From: an uncultured Actinomycetota bacterium
Lineage (GTDB): Bacteria; Actinomycetota; UBA4738; HRBIN12
Assembly: GCA_963842295.1 (NCBI GenBank)
Contig: CAWJFY010000007.1
Span: 180,136 to 244,135 of the forward strand
Length of the DNA stretch: 64,000 bases
Reading direction: 5' to 3'
Below, piece by piece: positions 1 through 9,515 of this stretch. Within the stretch, counting starts at the first letter, position 1. Each line of letters opens with the position of its first letter. The translations under genes and the position numbers were made by a program. The notes beneath the pieces were generated by a model that was not told the DNA's origin, made no database searches, and saw only the letters and a list, made by a program, of their open reading frames with translations.

Positions 1-59
1 GTCTAGGGCGCGCGACCGGCCGGTAAAGATCTACGATCGAGGTGATTCTGTGCTCGATC

Positions 60-240
60 TAGTGATTGGGCAAATTATACAACACGATGAGATGGGTGAT
101 ATGTTAATGGGTGATCACGTTATGCGGGTTCTTGTGTTTGTTTATAATTTGTTTATAATGGGATGATATATGTGGGTATAAGATGATATAGGATGATATG
201 GTTAGATATGTATGAGTGGGTATTGTGTGTGGTGTGAGTA
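60..240. repeat. AT-rich tract with short direct repeats (GATGATAT x3, GGGTGAT x2, TTTATAATxxGTTTATAAT), in a ~70% GC background
   Basis: Direct reading: the composition drops sharply to AT-rich and motifs recur at 10-20 nt spacing. The 63- and 106-aa ORFs here have no credible coding signal. Confidence 0.5.
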
Positions 241-247
241 ATTTTAG

Positions 248-294
248 GATCCGGTGCCCGAAAGGGCGTGGGGGTTCAAATCCCCCCTCTCGCA
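248..294 (+). other. Orphan tRNA 3'-half: small hairpin, T-arm GGGGG-TTCAAAT-CCCCC, acceptor 3' strand CTCTCGC and discriminator A, with no 5' half. Likely an att-site copy.
   Basis: A canonical T-loop (TTCAAAT) is flanked by a 5-bp GC stem, followed by 7 nt and a discriminator. No complementary GCGAGAG acceptor 5' strand exists upstream. Confidence 0.5.
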
Positions 295-450
295 CTCTCC
301 TGCTCGATGAGAGCAGCTGTCGCCGACCGGGAACCTACCTACTCATCTCGAAACCGCGATGTCTCGCTCGCGAGCGGGTCGTGATCTCCCTGCGGCGACA
401 GCTCCTCTCCCTGTACCGTCGTTGCGCGACTGATCGGGACGGAGTCGGTC

Positions 451-1176
451 ATGGACGGAGAGACGCAGTGCGGCGGCGCGGTAGCGGTCATCGCCCTTCT
501 TGGGGTGGTGGCGGGCGGTTGCGGACTACTCGGTGAAGCGGGGTCGGGCGTCCTCGTCACGCGCCCGATCCAGGTTCCGGCCGGGATCGAGCGTGTCGAG
601 ATCGGCGACGCATTCCGCTCGACGATCCGTGTCGGGAAGGCGGCTCCCTCGGGAGAGATCACGATCGACGACAACCTGCTCGACCGTCTCCGCGTCGAGG
701 TCGACGGCGACACGATCAGGATCGACCTGGACGGGCGGGTTCGCGATGCGACGCTCCGCGCGGACATCGGCCTCGTCGGCCTCCGGAGTCTCGATGTCTC
801 GGGAGCGAGCCAGGTACGCGTGGAGGGCCAAGTGACAGACGATCTGACGATCAACGCCTCCGGTGCGAGTGAGATCGAGATCGGCTCCGTCGAGCTCGAT
901 GAGCTTTTCCTCGATGCGAGCGGCGCGTCCCAGGTGTCGATCGAAGGGACGGCCGGGCACCTCCGCGCCGACGCCAGCGGCGCCAGCAACATCGCGTTGT
1001 TCGGGGTCGAGGCCGACGAGGCGGAGGTGGATGTCTCCGGCGCGAGCGAGGCGGAGCTCACCGTGCTCGGGCGGCTGGAGGCCCGTGCGTCAGGCGCATC
1101 GTCGGTCCGCTACCGCGGGGATCCCGACCGTGTCATCAGCGACGAGTCCGGCGCGAGCTCCGTGGAGCCAGCGTAG
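451..1176 (+). CDS. Putative lipoprotein with repeated 'SGAS' beta-solenoid units (DUF2807/GIN-domain-like)
   Basis: N-terminal signal with lipobox-like LLGVVAGGCG, and about 10 repeats of the D/E-x-SGAS-x-V/I motif. Confidence 0.5.
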   Translation: MDGETQCGGAVAVIALLGVVAGGCGLLGEAGSGVLVTRPIQVPAGIERVEIGDAFRSTIRVGKAAPSGEITIDDNLLDRLRVEVDGDTIRIDLDGRVRDATLRADIGLVGLRSLDVSGASQVRVEGQVTDDLTINASGASEIEIGSVELDELFLDASGASQVSIEGTAGHLRADASGASNIALFGVEADEAEVDVSGASEAELTVLGRLEARASGASSVRYRGDPDRVISDESGASSVEPA

Positions 1177-1208
1177 AGGCCAACGCTCCATCCTCGATCA
1201 CTCTGCGG

Positions 1209-2042
1209 TCAGCCCATCTCGCGGAGCGTGCGGAGCACGGCGGGGAGAACGGGATCGGATGAAGCCGTGTCCATCCCCAGGTGGTCCGTTCCCTCGATCG
1301 TGATGAACTCCGCGTTGGGGATCTCGGCGGCCGCACGCCGGGCCTGGTCGTGGAAGTCGACGTCCTCCTCGGCCGCACAGATGAGACATCGCACATCCCA
1401 CGCGCCGAGGTTCTCGCTGACCGGCCCCTCAGCCATCGCAGAGCGCCACGCGGCGCGCATCGCTGCCGGATCACACGCGAGGTACTCGACCCGGATGGCC
1501 TCCGGGTAGCGCCCAACGATCGCCTCGAACGCCTCGACGAGCGCTCCCATCCCCCGCTCCTTCGAAGCGGCCAACGCCTCTCCCACGACGCGGGTCAGCG
1601 GGCCGTTCGGCTCGATCGCATAGGGCTGCTGCCCGATGATTACGAGCGAGCGGATCCGTGTGGGTGCGTGTTCGCCGATCCCGAAACAGAGCCTCCCGCC
1701 CCAGGAGATGCCGATGAAGTGCGAGCGGTCGATGCCCCGGTCATCGAGCACCGCCACGACATCCCCGACACGCAGCGACATCGCGTACGCACTCGCGTCG
1801 TGTGGCTTGTCGCTGCGACCGTGGCCTCGATGATCGACGAAGACGATCCGAAACTCATCGGCGGCGTCCTGCATCGCTCTTGCGATCGGAGCGTTCCGTA
1901 CCTGGCCGATCGGATCGAGGAATCCTCCGAGGATCACAACCGGGATGCCATCACCGCCATCGTCCTCGAAGTACACCTGCATTCCGTCTAGGCCGTTCGT
2001 GACGTACGGCACGGAGACCCCCATCGGCTCGTCGCCCATCAT
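1209..2042 (-). CDS. Alpha/beta-hydrolase fold protein
   Basis: HRGHGRSD and GISWGG (nucleophile elbow) motifs. The start is taken at the internal MMGDEP; the long Arg-rich extension of the ORF is unlikely to be real. Confidence 0.6.
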   Translation of the reverse strand: MMGDEPMGVSVPYVTNGLDGMQVYFEDDGGDGIPVVILGGFLDPIGQVRNAPIARAMQDAADEFRIVFVDHRGHGRSDKPHDASAYAMSLRVGDVVAVLDDRGIDRSHFIGISWGGRLCFGIGEHAPTRIRSLVIIGQQPYAIEPNGPLTRVVGEALAASKERGMGALVEAFEAIVGRYPEAIRVEYLACDPAAMRAAWRSAMAEGPVSENLGAWDVRCLICAAEEDVDFHDQARRAAAEIPNAEFITIEGTDHLGMDTASSDPVLPAVLRTLREMG

Positions 2043-2287
2043 GGCACCCGGCGAAAGGGCCAGTGTCCGACGCCCACGGGACGATCCGGCGAGGCTGTAG
2101 GGTGGAGTCGAACAGGCGACCGCCTGTGGTTCGCGAAGACGTCCGAGTCTGCGGCTGCACTCCCGCAACTCCATGCTCTCTCGCCTCACGGATCGACCGC
2201 GACAGCTGATCCGCTACCAGGTGCACTGGCACTGCCAGGCAACGCATGGAGCGGTGCGCGCATTGCGCGCGGAGGGGAGACACGATC

Positions 2288-3178
2288 ATGGCGGACATAA
2301 GGAACATGAACGGCCTCACCGGACCGGGGCGGGACCCGGCTCCGGGCGGGCCTGATCCGACCCGACCGGACACGATCATCTTGATCCACGGACTCTGGAT
2401 GACACCGCGGAGCTGGGAGAACTGGATCACGCACTACACGGCCCGCGGCTACAAGGTCCTCGCCCCGGCATATCCCGGACTCGGGGTCGAGGTCGAGGCC
2501 CTGCGCGAGGATCCGTCCCCGATCGAGGCGCTGTCCGTGCCTGCAACCGTCGAGAGCCTCGAGACCCTGATCGGGGAGCTCGACCAGCAGCCGATCATCA
2601 TGGGTCACTCGTTCGGCGGCGCGCTCACCCAGATCCTTCTGGACCGTGGTTTCGGCGCAGCGGGAGTGGCGATCGACTCGGTGCCTGCCGAGGGCATCAA
2701 GGTCGTCCCGCCTTCGCAGATCAGGGCAAGCTTCCCGGTGCTGAAGAACCCCGCCAACCGCCACCGTGCCGTCGGGTTCACCCCGGAGCAGTTCCACTAC
2801 GCCTTCACCAACACGTTGAGCGAGGAAGAGTCCTTGGCGGCCTACGAGCGGTATCACGTTCCCGCACCTGGCAGCTGGGTGTGGGGTGGAGTGCTCGCCA
2901 ACTTCACACCGGGCCACCAGGACACCTACGTGGACTTCAAGAACGACGATCGCGCTCCGCTGCTGTTCATCGCAGGCGGAGAGGACAACATCATGCCTCC
3001 GTCGGTCAACGAGTCCAACGTGCATCACTACCGCAAGTCCCAAGCGGTCACCGACTACAAGGAGTTCCCGGGTCGCTCCCATTTCACGGTGGGACAGCAA
3101 GGCTGGGAGGAAGTCGCGGACTACGCCTTGGATTGGGCCAGGGAGCACGCCGCGCTCGCGCCGAGGCGGGCTGACTAG
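2288..3178 (+). CDS. Alpha/beta-hydrolase fold protein
   Basis: IILIHGLW and GHSFGG motifs, with ATG at 2288 (MADIRN). It is divergent from the neighbouring hydrolase. Confidence 0.6.
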   Translation: MADIRNMNGLTGPGRDPAPGGPDPTRPDTIILIHGLWMTPRSWENWITHYTARGYKVLAPAYPGLGVEVEALREDPSPIEALSVPATVESLETLIGELDQQPIIMGHSFGGALTQILLDRGFGAAGVAIDSVPAEGIKVVPPSQIRASFPVLKNPANRHRAVGFTPEQFHYAFTNTLSEEESLAAYERYHVPAPGSWVWGGVLANFTPGHQDTYVDFKNDDRAPLLFIAGGEDNIMPPSVNESNVHHYRKSQAVTDYKEFPGRSHFTVGQQGWEEVADYALDWAREHAALAPRRAD

Positions 3179-3386
3179 AGGATACGTTCGGCCGCGGATG
3201 CACTTTGGGCGGTGGGGCGGCGTGGGCGCCTCACCGCCCCCTCTGTCCTCAACCCGCTTGCGCTGCGACGAGACGGAGAGACTGCTCGAACGCTGCCCGC
3301 TACAGAGTTGCCCGTATCGCCGTAGGAACCCGCCGCGCATGGGCCTGAGCTAGGCTCTCGCCCACCGTCGAGGAAGGAACGGGCGC

Positions 3387-5018
3387 GTGGCCAAGGGCAC
3401 CGCCGACATCGAACGAGCCCGCGACGCTGCGCACCGGGAATCTTGGGCGGAGGCGTACGAGGTGCTCAGCCTGCTCGACCTCTCCGACCTGGAGCCTCTG
3501 GACCTCGAAGCGTTCGCCGACGCCGCCTGGTGGCTCTCGAAGATCGAGGAGTCGATCGCCGTCCGCCAGCGCTCGTATGCCGGGTACTCGGCGAAGGGGA
3601 ACGATGCCCAGGCGGCCGCCATGGCGGCGCGTCTCAGCGTCGAGCACTTCGTTCGCGGTGAGCCGGCGGTGGGAGCCGGCTGGCTGAGGAAGGCGCAGCG
3701 GCATGCTGCGGACGTGGCCGAGAGCCCCTTGCACGGATTCCTGCTCTTGGTGGATGCGACGGTCGCGCGGTTCAGCGGAGACAGCGGACGGGCGACGACG
3801 CTCGCGGATCGAGCCGCCGACATCGGACGACGATTCGGGGATCCAGACCTCTCGGCCATGGCGATCCATACCCAGGGACTTCTCCTCATCTCAGCAGGGG
3901 ACGTGACCAGCGGCGTGGCCCTCCTCGACGAGGCCATGACATCCGTCGTCTCCGGGGAGCTGAGCTCGTACTTCACCGGCATCGTGTACTGCAACGTCAT
4001 CGGAGCCTGCCTGGAGCTGGCGGACGTCCGGCGCGCCGGTCAATGGAGCGAAGCGGCGCGGAACTGGTGCGAATCCCTGCCCCCCGAGTCGCCGTTCCCA
4101 GGGATGTGCCGCATCAACCGTGCGGAGGTGGAGAGGCTACGGGGTGCCTGGACGGAGGCCGAGGCCGAGGCGACCCGAGCCTCCGAGGAGCTGATGAGCT
4201 TCGATCCCATGGCGGCCGCTCAGGCCATCTACGAGACGGGTGAGATCCGTCGCCGGATCGGCAACGACGCGGGAGCGGAGGAGTGCTTCACGCGTGCGCG
4301 TGAGATCGGGTTCGAACCGCAGCCCGGCCTGGCCCTCCTTCGCTTCGGGCAGGGGAAGCCCGACGCGGCGATGAAAGCCCTGCGGCTCGCGGCCGGCACC
4401 GGCACGCACAGCCGGCTCCAGCGCGCACGCCTCCTCACTGCGCAGGTGGATGTCGCGCTCGCGGTGTCGGATCTCGACACCGCGAGCGCCGCCACCGACC
4501 AGCTCAGAGCACTCGCGGACGAGACGGGAACGCCCGTGCTCGAGGCCACGGCAACGACCGCGCGCGGGTCGGTCGAACTGGCCCGTGAGGACATCACCGT
4601 TGCTGTCGAGAGCTTGCGTCGCGCCTGCGTGGCGTGGCGCGAGCTCCGGCTTCCCTACGAGGGGGCGCGCGCCCGGACGCTCTACGGCCTGGCCTTGCGC
4701 GCCGCCGGCGACGAAGACGACGCTCTCCTCGAGCTCCGCGCCGCCCTTTCCGCGTTCGAGCGCCTCGGCGCCGTCCCCGACGCTCGTAGCGTCGCCGGCA
4801 TGGTGTCCCATGGAACGCCATTGCCCGGAGGGCTCACGGCGCGAGAGGCCGAGGTCCTGCGCCTCGTCGCCGCGGGCAAGACGAATCGGGATATCGCCGC
4901 CGAGCTCGTGATCAGCGAGCACACCGTCGCCCGGCACCTGCAGAACATGTTCGTGAAACTGGGGGTTTCGTCGCGTTCCGCAGCGACGGCCTTCGCGTTC
5001 GAACACAGCCTCGTCTGA
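3387..5018 (+). CDS. LuxR-family transcriptional regulator (large TPR-like N-terminal domain plus C-terminal LuxR HTH)
   Basis: The C-terminus reads LTAREAEVLRLVAAGKTNRDIAAELVISEHTVARHLQNMFVKLGV. GTG start at 3387 with GAAGGAAC upstream. Confidence 0.7.
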   Translation: MAKGTADIERARDAAHRESWAEAYEVLSLLDLSDLEPLDLEAFADAAWWLSKIEESIAVRQRSYAGYSAKGNDAQAAAMAARLSVEHFVRGEPAVGAGWLRKAQRHAADVAESPLHGFLLLVDATVARFSGDSGRATTLADRAADIGRRFGDPDLSAMAIHTQGLLLISAGDVTSGVALLDEAMTSVVSGELSSYFTGIVYCNVIGACLELADVRRAGQWSEAARNWCESLPPESPFPGMCRINRAEVERLRGAWTEAEAEATRASEELMSFDPMAAAQAIYETGEIRRRIGNDAGAEECFTRAREIGFEPQPGLALLRFGQGKPDAAMKALRLAAGTGTHSRLQRARLLTAQVDVALAVSDLDTASAATDQLRALADETGTPVLEATATTARGSVELAREDITVAVESLRRACVAWRELRLPYEGARARTLYGLALRAAGDEDDALLELRAALSAFERLGAVPDARSVAGMVSHGTPLPGGLTAREAEVLRLVAAGKTNRDIAAELVISEHTVARHLQNMFVKLGVSSRSAATAFAFEHSLV

Positions 5019-5137
5019 GCACGGCTCGATGGTCATTCTTCACCACGAGGCTCCTGAACCATCTTGGCTGGTTTCGGCGATGAGCTCACGCGATCCATTG
5101 CCTACCGTCCTCCCCGACCCGATCGAAGGAGGCAGAG

Positions 5138-6259
5138 ATGGACGGAACGGGCACTGAGCGGTTCGACACCGTGATCATCGGCGGCGGCCAGGCAGGTCTC
5201 GCGACCGGCTACCACCTGAAGCGACGGAGCCTGCCGTTCATCATCCTGGATGCGCAGGAGCGCGTCGGCGACGCCTGGCGCACACGATGGGATTCGCTCC
5301 GCCTGTTCACGCCGGCCCGGTTCGACAAGCTCCCAGGCCTGCCGTTCCCAGCCCCGGCGTGGTCCTTCCCCACCAAGGATGAGATGGGCGACTATCTCGA
5401 GACGTACGCCCAGCTGTTCGACCTGCCCGTGCAAACCGGGGTCTCCGTGGATCGCCTCACGAGGGAGGGAGACCGCTACATCATCTCGGTCGGCGATCGC
5501 CGATTCGAAGCCGATCGGGTGGTCGTGTCGACCGGGGCGAACCGCGTCCCCAAGGTGCCAGGCTTCGCGTCCCAACTCGCTCCCCGTATCGTGCAGATGC
5601 ACTCGAGCGATTACCGAAATCCAACGCAGCTACGGGACGGCGGCGTGCTCCTCGTAGGTGTGGGGAACTCGGGAGCCGAGATCGCATTCGAGCTGTCGCG
5701 GACCCGCCGGACCTGGCTGGCGGGCAAGGAGTCGGGGCAGATCCCCGTGCGTCATGGGACCATCCGGGCGCGGCTCGGGTTCCACGTCTTCCGCTTCGTC
5801 GGGCACCACGTTCTGACGCTCCGCACGCCGATCGGGCGAAGGGCGCTGCCAAAGCTCGACACGAAGGCGGCGCCGCTCATCCGCGTGAGGTCGAAGGAAC
5901 TCGCCCGAGCAGGGGTCGAGCGAGTCCCCAGAGTGAGGGGCGTCCGAGATGGGCTGCCCGTCCTCGAGGATGGGCAGGTGCTCGAGGTGGAGAACGTGAT
6001 CTGGTGCACAGGCTTCCGTCAGGACTTCCCCTGGATCGACATCCCCGGCTTCCCTGAGGACGGGCGGCCCGTGCACGTCCGCGGAGTGGTGCCGTCCGAG
6101 CCCGGTCTCTATTTCGTCGGACTCGTCGGTCAGTATTCGTTCTCGTCGGACGTGATTCCTGGCGCGGGAAGGGATGCTGCCTACATCGCAAGGCAGATCG
6201 CCACACGGGCGCCCAAAGGTCCGTTGGCGGCCGACATGCCGGCCGCGGCGTCATCCTGA
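5138..6259 (+). CDS. FAD/NAD(P)-binding oxidoreductase (flavin monooxygenase-like)
   Basis: VIIGGGQAGL is followed by a second dinucleotide motif, VGVGNSGAEIA. Confidence 0.65.
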   Translation: MDGTGTERFDTVIIGGGQAGLATGYHLKRRSLPFIILDAQERVGDAWRTRWDSLRLFTPARFDKLPGLPFPAPAWSFPTKDEMGDYLETYAQLFDLPVQTGVSVDRLTREGDRYIISVGDRRFEADRVVVSTGANRVPKVPGFASQLAPRIVQMHSSDYRNPTQLRDGGVLLVGVGNSGAEIAFELSRTRRTWLAGKESGQIPVRHGTIRARLGFHVFRFVGHHVLTLRTPIGRRALPKLDTKAAPLIRVRSKELARAGVERVPRVRGVRDGLPVLEDGQVLEVENVIWCTGFRQDFPWIDIPGFPEDGRPVHVRGVVPSEPGLYFVGLVGQYSFSSDVIPGAGRDAAYIARQIATRAPKGPLAADMPAAASS

Positions 6260-6293
6260 CCCGCGACGCGGCGATGTCCCTGGAGAGACGGCC

Positions 6294-6989
6294 GTGATCA
6301 GCACGCTGCCCATACCGCCGTGGAGGCACGAGGTCGTGGCGCATGAACGATGGACCGTGAGCGCTCCGCCTGCAGCGGAGATGGACGACCTGCTTGACGA
6401 CACGAACGTCCGTCCCGGCGAGCGGATCCTGGAGGTCGATCTCGGCCCCCGCGCCACCGAAGGGTGGCGGCTACCGTTCACCGACGCCTCGTTCGACGAG
6501 GCCGTCTCCCGGCATGGGCTACAGCTCGTCGGGGATCGACGACGGGTCCTGTCCGAGATGCGGCGCGTGCTCGTCCCCGGTGGCCGGGTTGCCGTCTCCG
6601 TCTGGGGCAGGATCGACCGGAGCCCGGCGTTCGATGCGCTCGCCCATTCGCTCCAGCGGCGCATGGGCCCACGATCTTCGGACGCCGTCCATTGGCTCTT
6701 CTCGCTCTGCGACCCGGCAGACCTCCGCGCGATCCTCGCGGATGCGGATCTCGAACGCATCTGCGTACGAACCGCTTCTCGGACGAGCCGTCACGGATCG
6801 GTCGGCGAGTTCGTCCGATCGTTCGTTCCGACCTTTCCGGCGGCCTGGACACCGCCTGGGGCCTCCGACCCACGAGGGATCGTCGCCGATCTCGAGGAAA
6901 CGCTCGGCCCGTGGATCGACGGAGACGGGCGGCTCTGGGTGACGAACGAGGTGGTCGTCGGCGTTGCGAGGCGCCAGTCGGATGACTAG
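6294..6989 (+). CDS. SAM-methyltransferase-like protein, apparently lacking motif I (degenerate?)
   Basis: The LPFTDASFDEAV...MRRVLVPGGRVAVSVWG region resembles the Methyltransf_11 post-I/II region, but no GxGxG is present. The start is ambiguous (GTG 6294 or ATG 6381). Confidence 0.35.
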   Translation: MISTLPIPPWRHEVVAHERWTVSAPPAAEMDDLLDDTNVRPGERILEVDLGPRATEGWRLPFTDASFDEAVSRHGLQLVGDRRRVLSEMRRVLVPGGRVAVSVWGRIDRSPAFDALAHSLQRRMGPRSSDAVHWLFSLCDPADLRAILADADLERICVRTASRTSRHGSVGEFVRSFVPTFPAAWTPPGASDPRGIVADLEETLGPWIDGDGRLWVTNEVVVGVARRQSDD

Positions 6990-8116
6990 ACGGCTTGGAG
7001 GCGCCGGGCATCGGCCGGCAGTTCGGTCACGTCGCCCGGGAGGGTGATCACGAATCGAGCTCCCCCATGCTCGCCGTCCTCCACGTGTGCCGTGCCGCCG
7101 TGCAGTTCGGAGAACTTCTTGACGAGCGAGAGCCCGATGCCGACACCCCGGCCGCCGGCGCCTGCGCCCTGATGGAACGGTTCGAAGAGCGATTCCTTGA
7201 GCTCGTCCGGGATCCCCGGACCCTCGTCCTCGATCACGAGGACCACGCCGTTGGATCGGCCTTCGACTCGGATGTGCACGGCGGTGCCCGCGGGAGTGTG
7301 CCGTCGAGCGTTCACGAGGAGGTTCTCGATCACCCGCTCCACCTTGCCGGCGTCGACGTCGACGAGGACCTGCGAGGCCTCGACCCGGATCGGGTGGGAT
7401 TCCATGCCCGGAAGCTCGCGGGCGATCCGACGCGCGAGCTCGCTCACGTCGGTCGGAGCGCGCTCGGGCTGGATGTGCCCGCGGTCGAGACGGTCGAGGT
7501 CCAAGAGGTCGTCGACCAGACGGTTCATCTTCTTCCCGCCCTGCTCGATCATGTCGAGCATCGTCGAGCGCTCGTCCTCCGTCAGTCCGATCTGCTCGGC
7601 TCGGTGCAGCGTCTGCACCGAGCCGAGGATCCCGGCGAGTGGGCCCTTCAGGTCGTGGGAAACGGCGTGCAGGAGCGTGTCTTTGACTTCGTTCAACTCA
7701 CGGAGCCCCGACGTGACGGCGGCCTCCCGTTCGAGATGTGTCCACTGCGCGTCGATGATGCGGCGGAGGGTTCCGAGAAGCACCGCGATCGATAGGAACG
7801 CGGCGAAGCGGAAGATCGCGTTCCACCAGGGAAGCAGGTCGAACTGCGGATAGAGAAGATCGCTCCACAGCGCGGCGACGGTCGACAGCGCGACCGTGAT
7901 CGCTCCCCATCGGAGGCCGAGGTTCCACGTCACCAAGCCGATCGGCATCAGATAGAAGAGCGCAACCGATAGCCGAGGCCCGAGCAGGTAGTCCATCACT
8001 GCCACGACCGCCAGGAAGGCGGCGCCGAGCAGGAGCGTGAGCCCCGGGGACTTGCCGTCGAAGAAGCCCTCGGTCTGCCTCAGGACACGGCGCTCTGCCA
8101 GGAAGTTGTCCGCCAC
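6986..8116 (-). CDS. Sensor histidine kinase with N-terminal 4-TM domain (HisKA + HATPase_c), with no adjacent response regulator
   Basis: H-box AVSHDLKGPLAGI, N-box LLVNARRHT, and G-boxes DEGPGIP and GIGLSLV. Confidence 0.7.
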   Translation of the reverse strand: MADNFLAERRVLRQTEGFFDGKSPGLTLLLGAAFLAVVAVMDYLLGPRLSVALFYLMPIGLVTWNLGLRWGAITVALSTVAALWSDLLYPQFDLLPWWNAIFRFAAFLSIAVLLGTLRRIIDAQWTHLEREAAVTSGLRELNEVKDTLLHAVSHDLKGPLAGILGSVQTLHRAEQIGLTEDERSTMLDMIEQGGKKMNRLVDDLLDLDRLDRGHIQPERAPTDVSELARRIARELPGMESHPIRVEASQVLVDVDAGKVERVIENLLVNARRHTPAGTAVHIRVEGRSNGVVLVIEDEGPGIPDELKESLFEPFHQGAGAGGRGVGIGLSLVKKFSELHGGTAHVEDGEHGGARFVITLPGDVTELPADARRLQAV

Positions 8117-8188
8117 GATGAAAGCTTCGGCGGCCCGTCCCGCTACCTTGAGTCGGGTACCCGAGGCCGCCCAGGTCGCCCTGGGCGC

Positions 8189-8791
8189 TCAGCCGGCCCT
8201 CACCGCGTGCCCGAGGGCGCGGAAGGCCCGTCCTCGGTGGCTGAGCCTGTCCTTCTCCTGGTCGGTGAGCTCTGCCATCGTCCGCTCCCAGCCCGCGGGG
8301 ACGAAGATCGGGTCGTAGCCGAAGCCGCGTGTTCCGCGCGGTTTCGTCACGAGCGTCCCCTCGCAGATGCCCTGAGCATGTGTCTCATGCCCGTCGGGCA
8401 GCGCGAGCACGACGACGCATCGATACCGCGCGGTTCGGCCCGAACCCGGTACCCCCTTCAGGGCTCGGATGAGCTCCTCGAGGTTGCGCTCGTCGGTCGC
8501 GTCCTCGCCCGCGAACCGGGCGGACCGGGGGCCGGGGCGGCCGCCGAGCGCGTCGACCTCGATCCCGGAGTCGTCCGCGAGCGCCGGCTCGCCCAGGGCG
8601 GCGGCCCCGGCCCGCGCCTTCAGCAGCGCGTTCTCGAGGTAGGTGCTGCCGGTCTCTTCCACGTCTGGCCAAGGGCCCTCGTGGTTCTCGACCGTCAGCC
8701 ATTCGACGGACCAGTCCGCGCAGATCCGCTCGATCTCTCGGAGCTTGTGACTGTTGCGGGACGCGATCGCGATCCGGGCCGGGAACGCCAC
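8189..8791 (-). CDS. rdgB: Non-canonical purine NTP pyrophosphatase (RdgB/HAM1 family)
   Basis: IASRNSHKLREI and FGYDPIF motifs. GTG start at 8791, 1 nt after the rph stop. Confidence 0.8.
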   Translation of the reverse strand: MAFPARIAIASRNSHKLREIERICADWSVEWLTVENHEGPWPDVEETGSTYLENALLKARAGAAALGEPALADDSGIEVDALGGRPGPRSARFAGEDATDERNLEELIRALKGVPGSGRTARYRCVVVLALPDGHETHAQGICEGTLVTKPRGTRGFGYDPIFVPAGWERTMAELTDQEKDRLSHRGRAFRALGHAVRAG

Positions 8792-8792
8792 C

Positions 8793-9515
8793 TCAGCCGT
8801 CGAGGGCGTCCCGCTGGATCTTCGTGAGCTCGACGACGCCCGCCGACGCCAGGTCGAGCAGCTCATCGAGCTGGGCCCGGTCGAAAGGAGCGCCCTCCGC
8901 GGTCCCCTGGACCTCGACGAGCGCACCCGAACCGGTCATGACGACGTTGCAGTCGACGCCGGCGGCGGCGTCTTCTTCATAGGACAGATCCAGCCGAGCC
9001 TCCCCGTCGACGATCCCGACCGAGACGGCCGCGACGGTATCGAGCAGGAGGTCATCGGGCACGAGACCTCCGCTCGACAGCCCCCGGAGGGCGAGCGCGA
9101 GGGCGATGTATCCGCCCGTGATCGCCGCGGTCCGGGTGCCGGCGTCGGCTTGCAGCACGTCGCAGTCGACCGTGATGGTGCGATCCCCCAGCCTGCCGAG
9201 ATCGGTCACGGCTCGGAGCGAGCGACCGATCAGGCGTTGGATCTCCTGGGTGCGGCCGCCGGGACGGCCGCGGTTCACCTCACGCGGCGAACGTTCGGCG
9301 GTCGAAGCGGGCAGCATCGAGTACTCCCCCGTCACCCATCCCTTCCCCGTCCCGCGCAGCCAGCGAGGAGCTTCGGTCGACACCGAGGCGGAGCACAGCA
9401 CCCGGGTCTTGCCCATCGAGAACAGCACGGATCCGGCGGCCCATTCCTGATATCCGAGCTCGTACGCGACCGGCCGCAGTTGACCGGGGGCGCGACCGTC
9501 GGGACGGGGGCTCAT
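8793..9515 (-). CDS. rph: Ribonuclease PH
   Basis: [16 protein letters not shown] and [10 protein letters not shown] are strongly RNase PH-like. The ATG overlaps the upstream stop (ATGA). Confidence 0.85.
   Translation of the reverse strand: MSPRPDGRAPGQLRPVAYELGYQEWAAGSVLFSMGKTRVLCSASVSTEAPRWLRGTGKGWVTGEYSMLPASTAERSPREVNRGRPGGRTQEIQRLIGRSLRAVTDLGRLGDRTITVDCDVLQADAGTRTAAITGGYIALALALRGLSSGGLVPDDLLLDTVAAVSVGIVDGEARLDLSYEEDAAAGVDCNVVMTGSGALVEVQGTAEGAPFDRAQLDELLDLASAGVVELTKIQRDALDG

Noticed and set aside
248-294. Possibility that the window-start tRNA-like fragment is a duplicate of the resident tmRNA 3' end
   Set aside because: Its acceptor strand (CTCTCGC) and T-stem (GGGGG/CCCCC) differ from the tmRNA 3' end at 48287-48330 (CACCTCC; GCGGG/CCCGC), and it lacks the G3·U70 context. 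It is a different tRNA-type 3' half.
104-536. Small ORFs (63 aa minus, 106 aa plus) in the AT-rich tract
   Set aside because: They are low-complexity, have no ribosome-binding site, and lie in what looks like att/arm-site DNA. They are unlikely to be coding.
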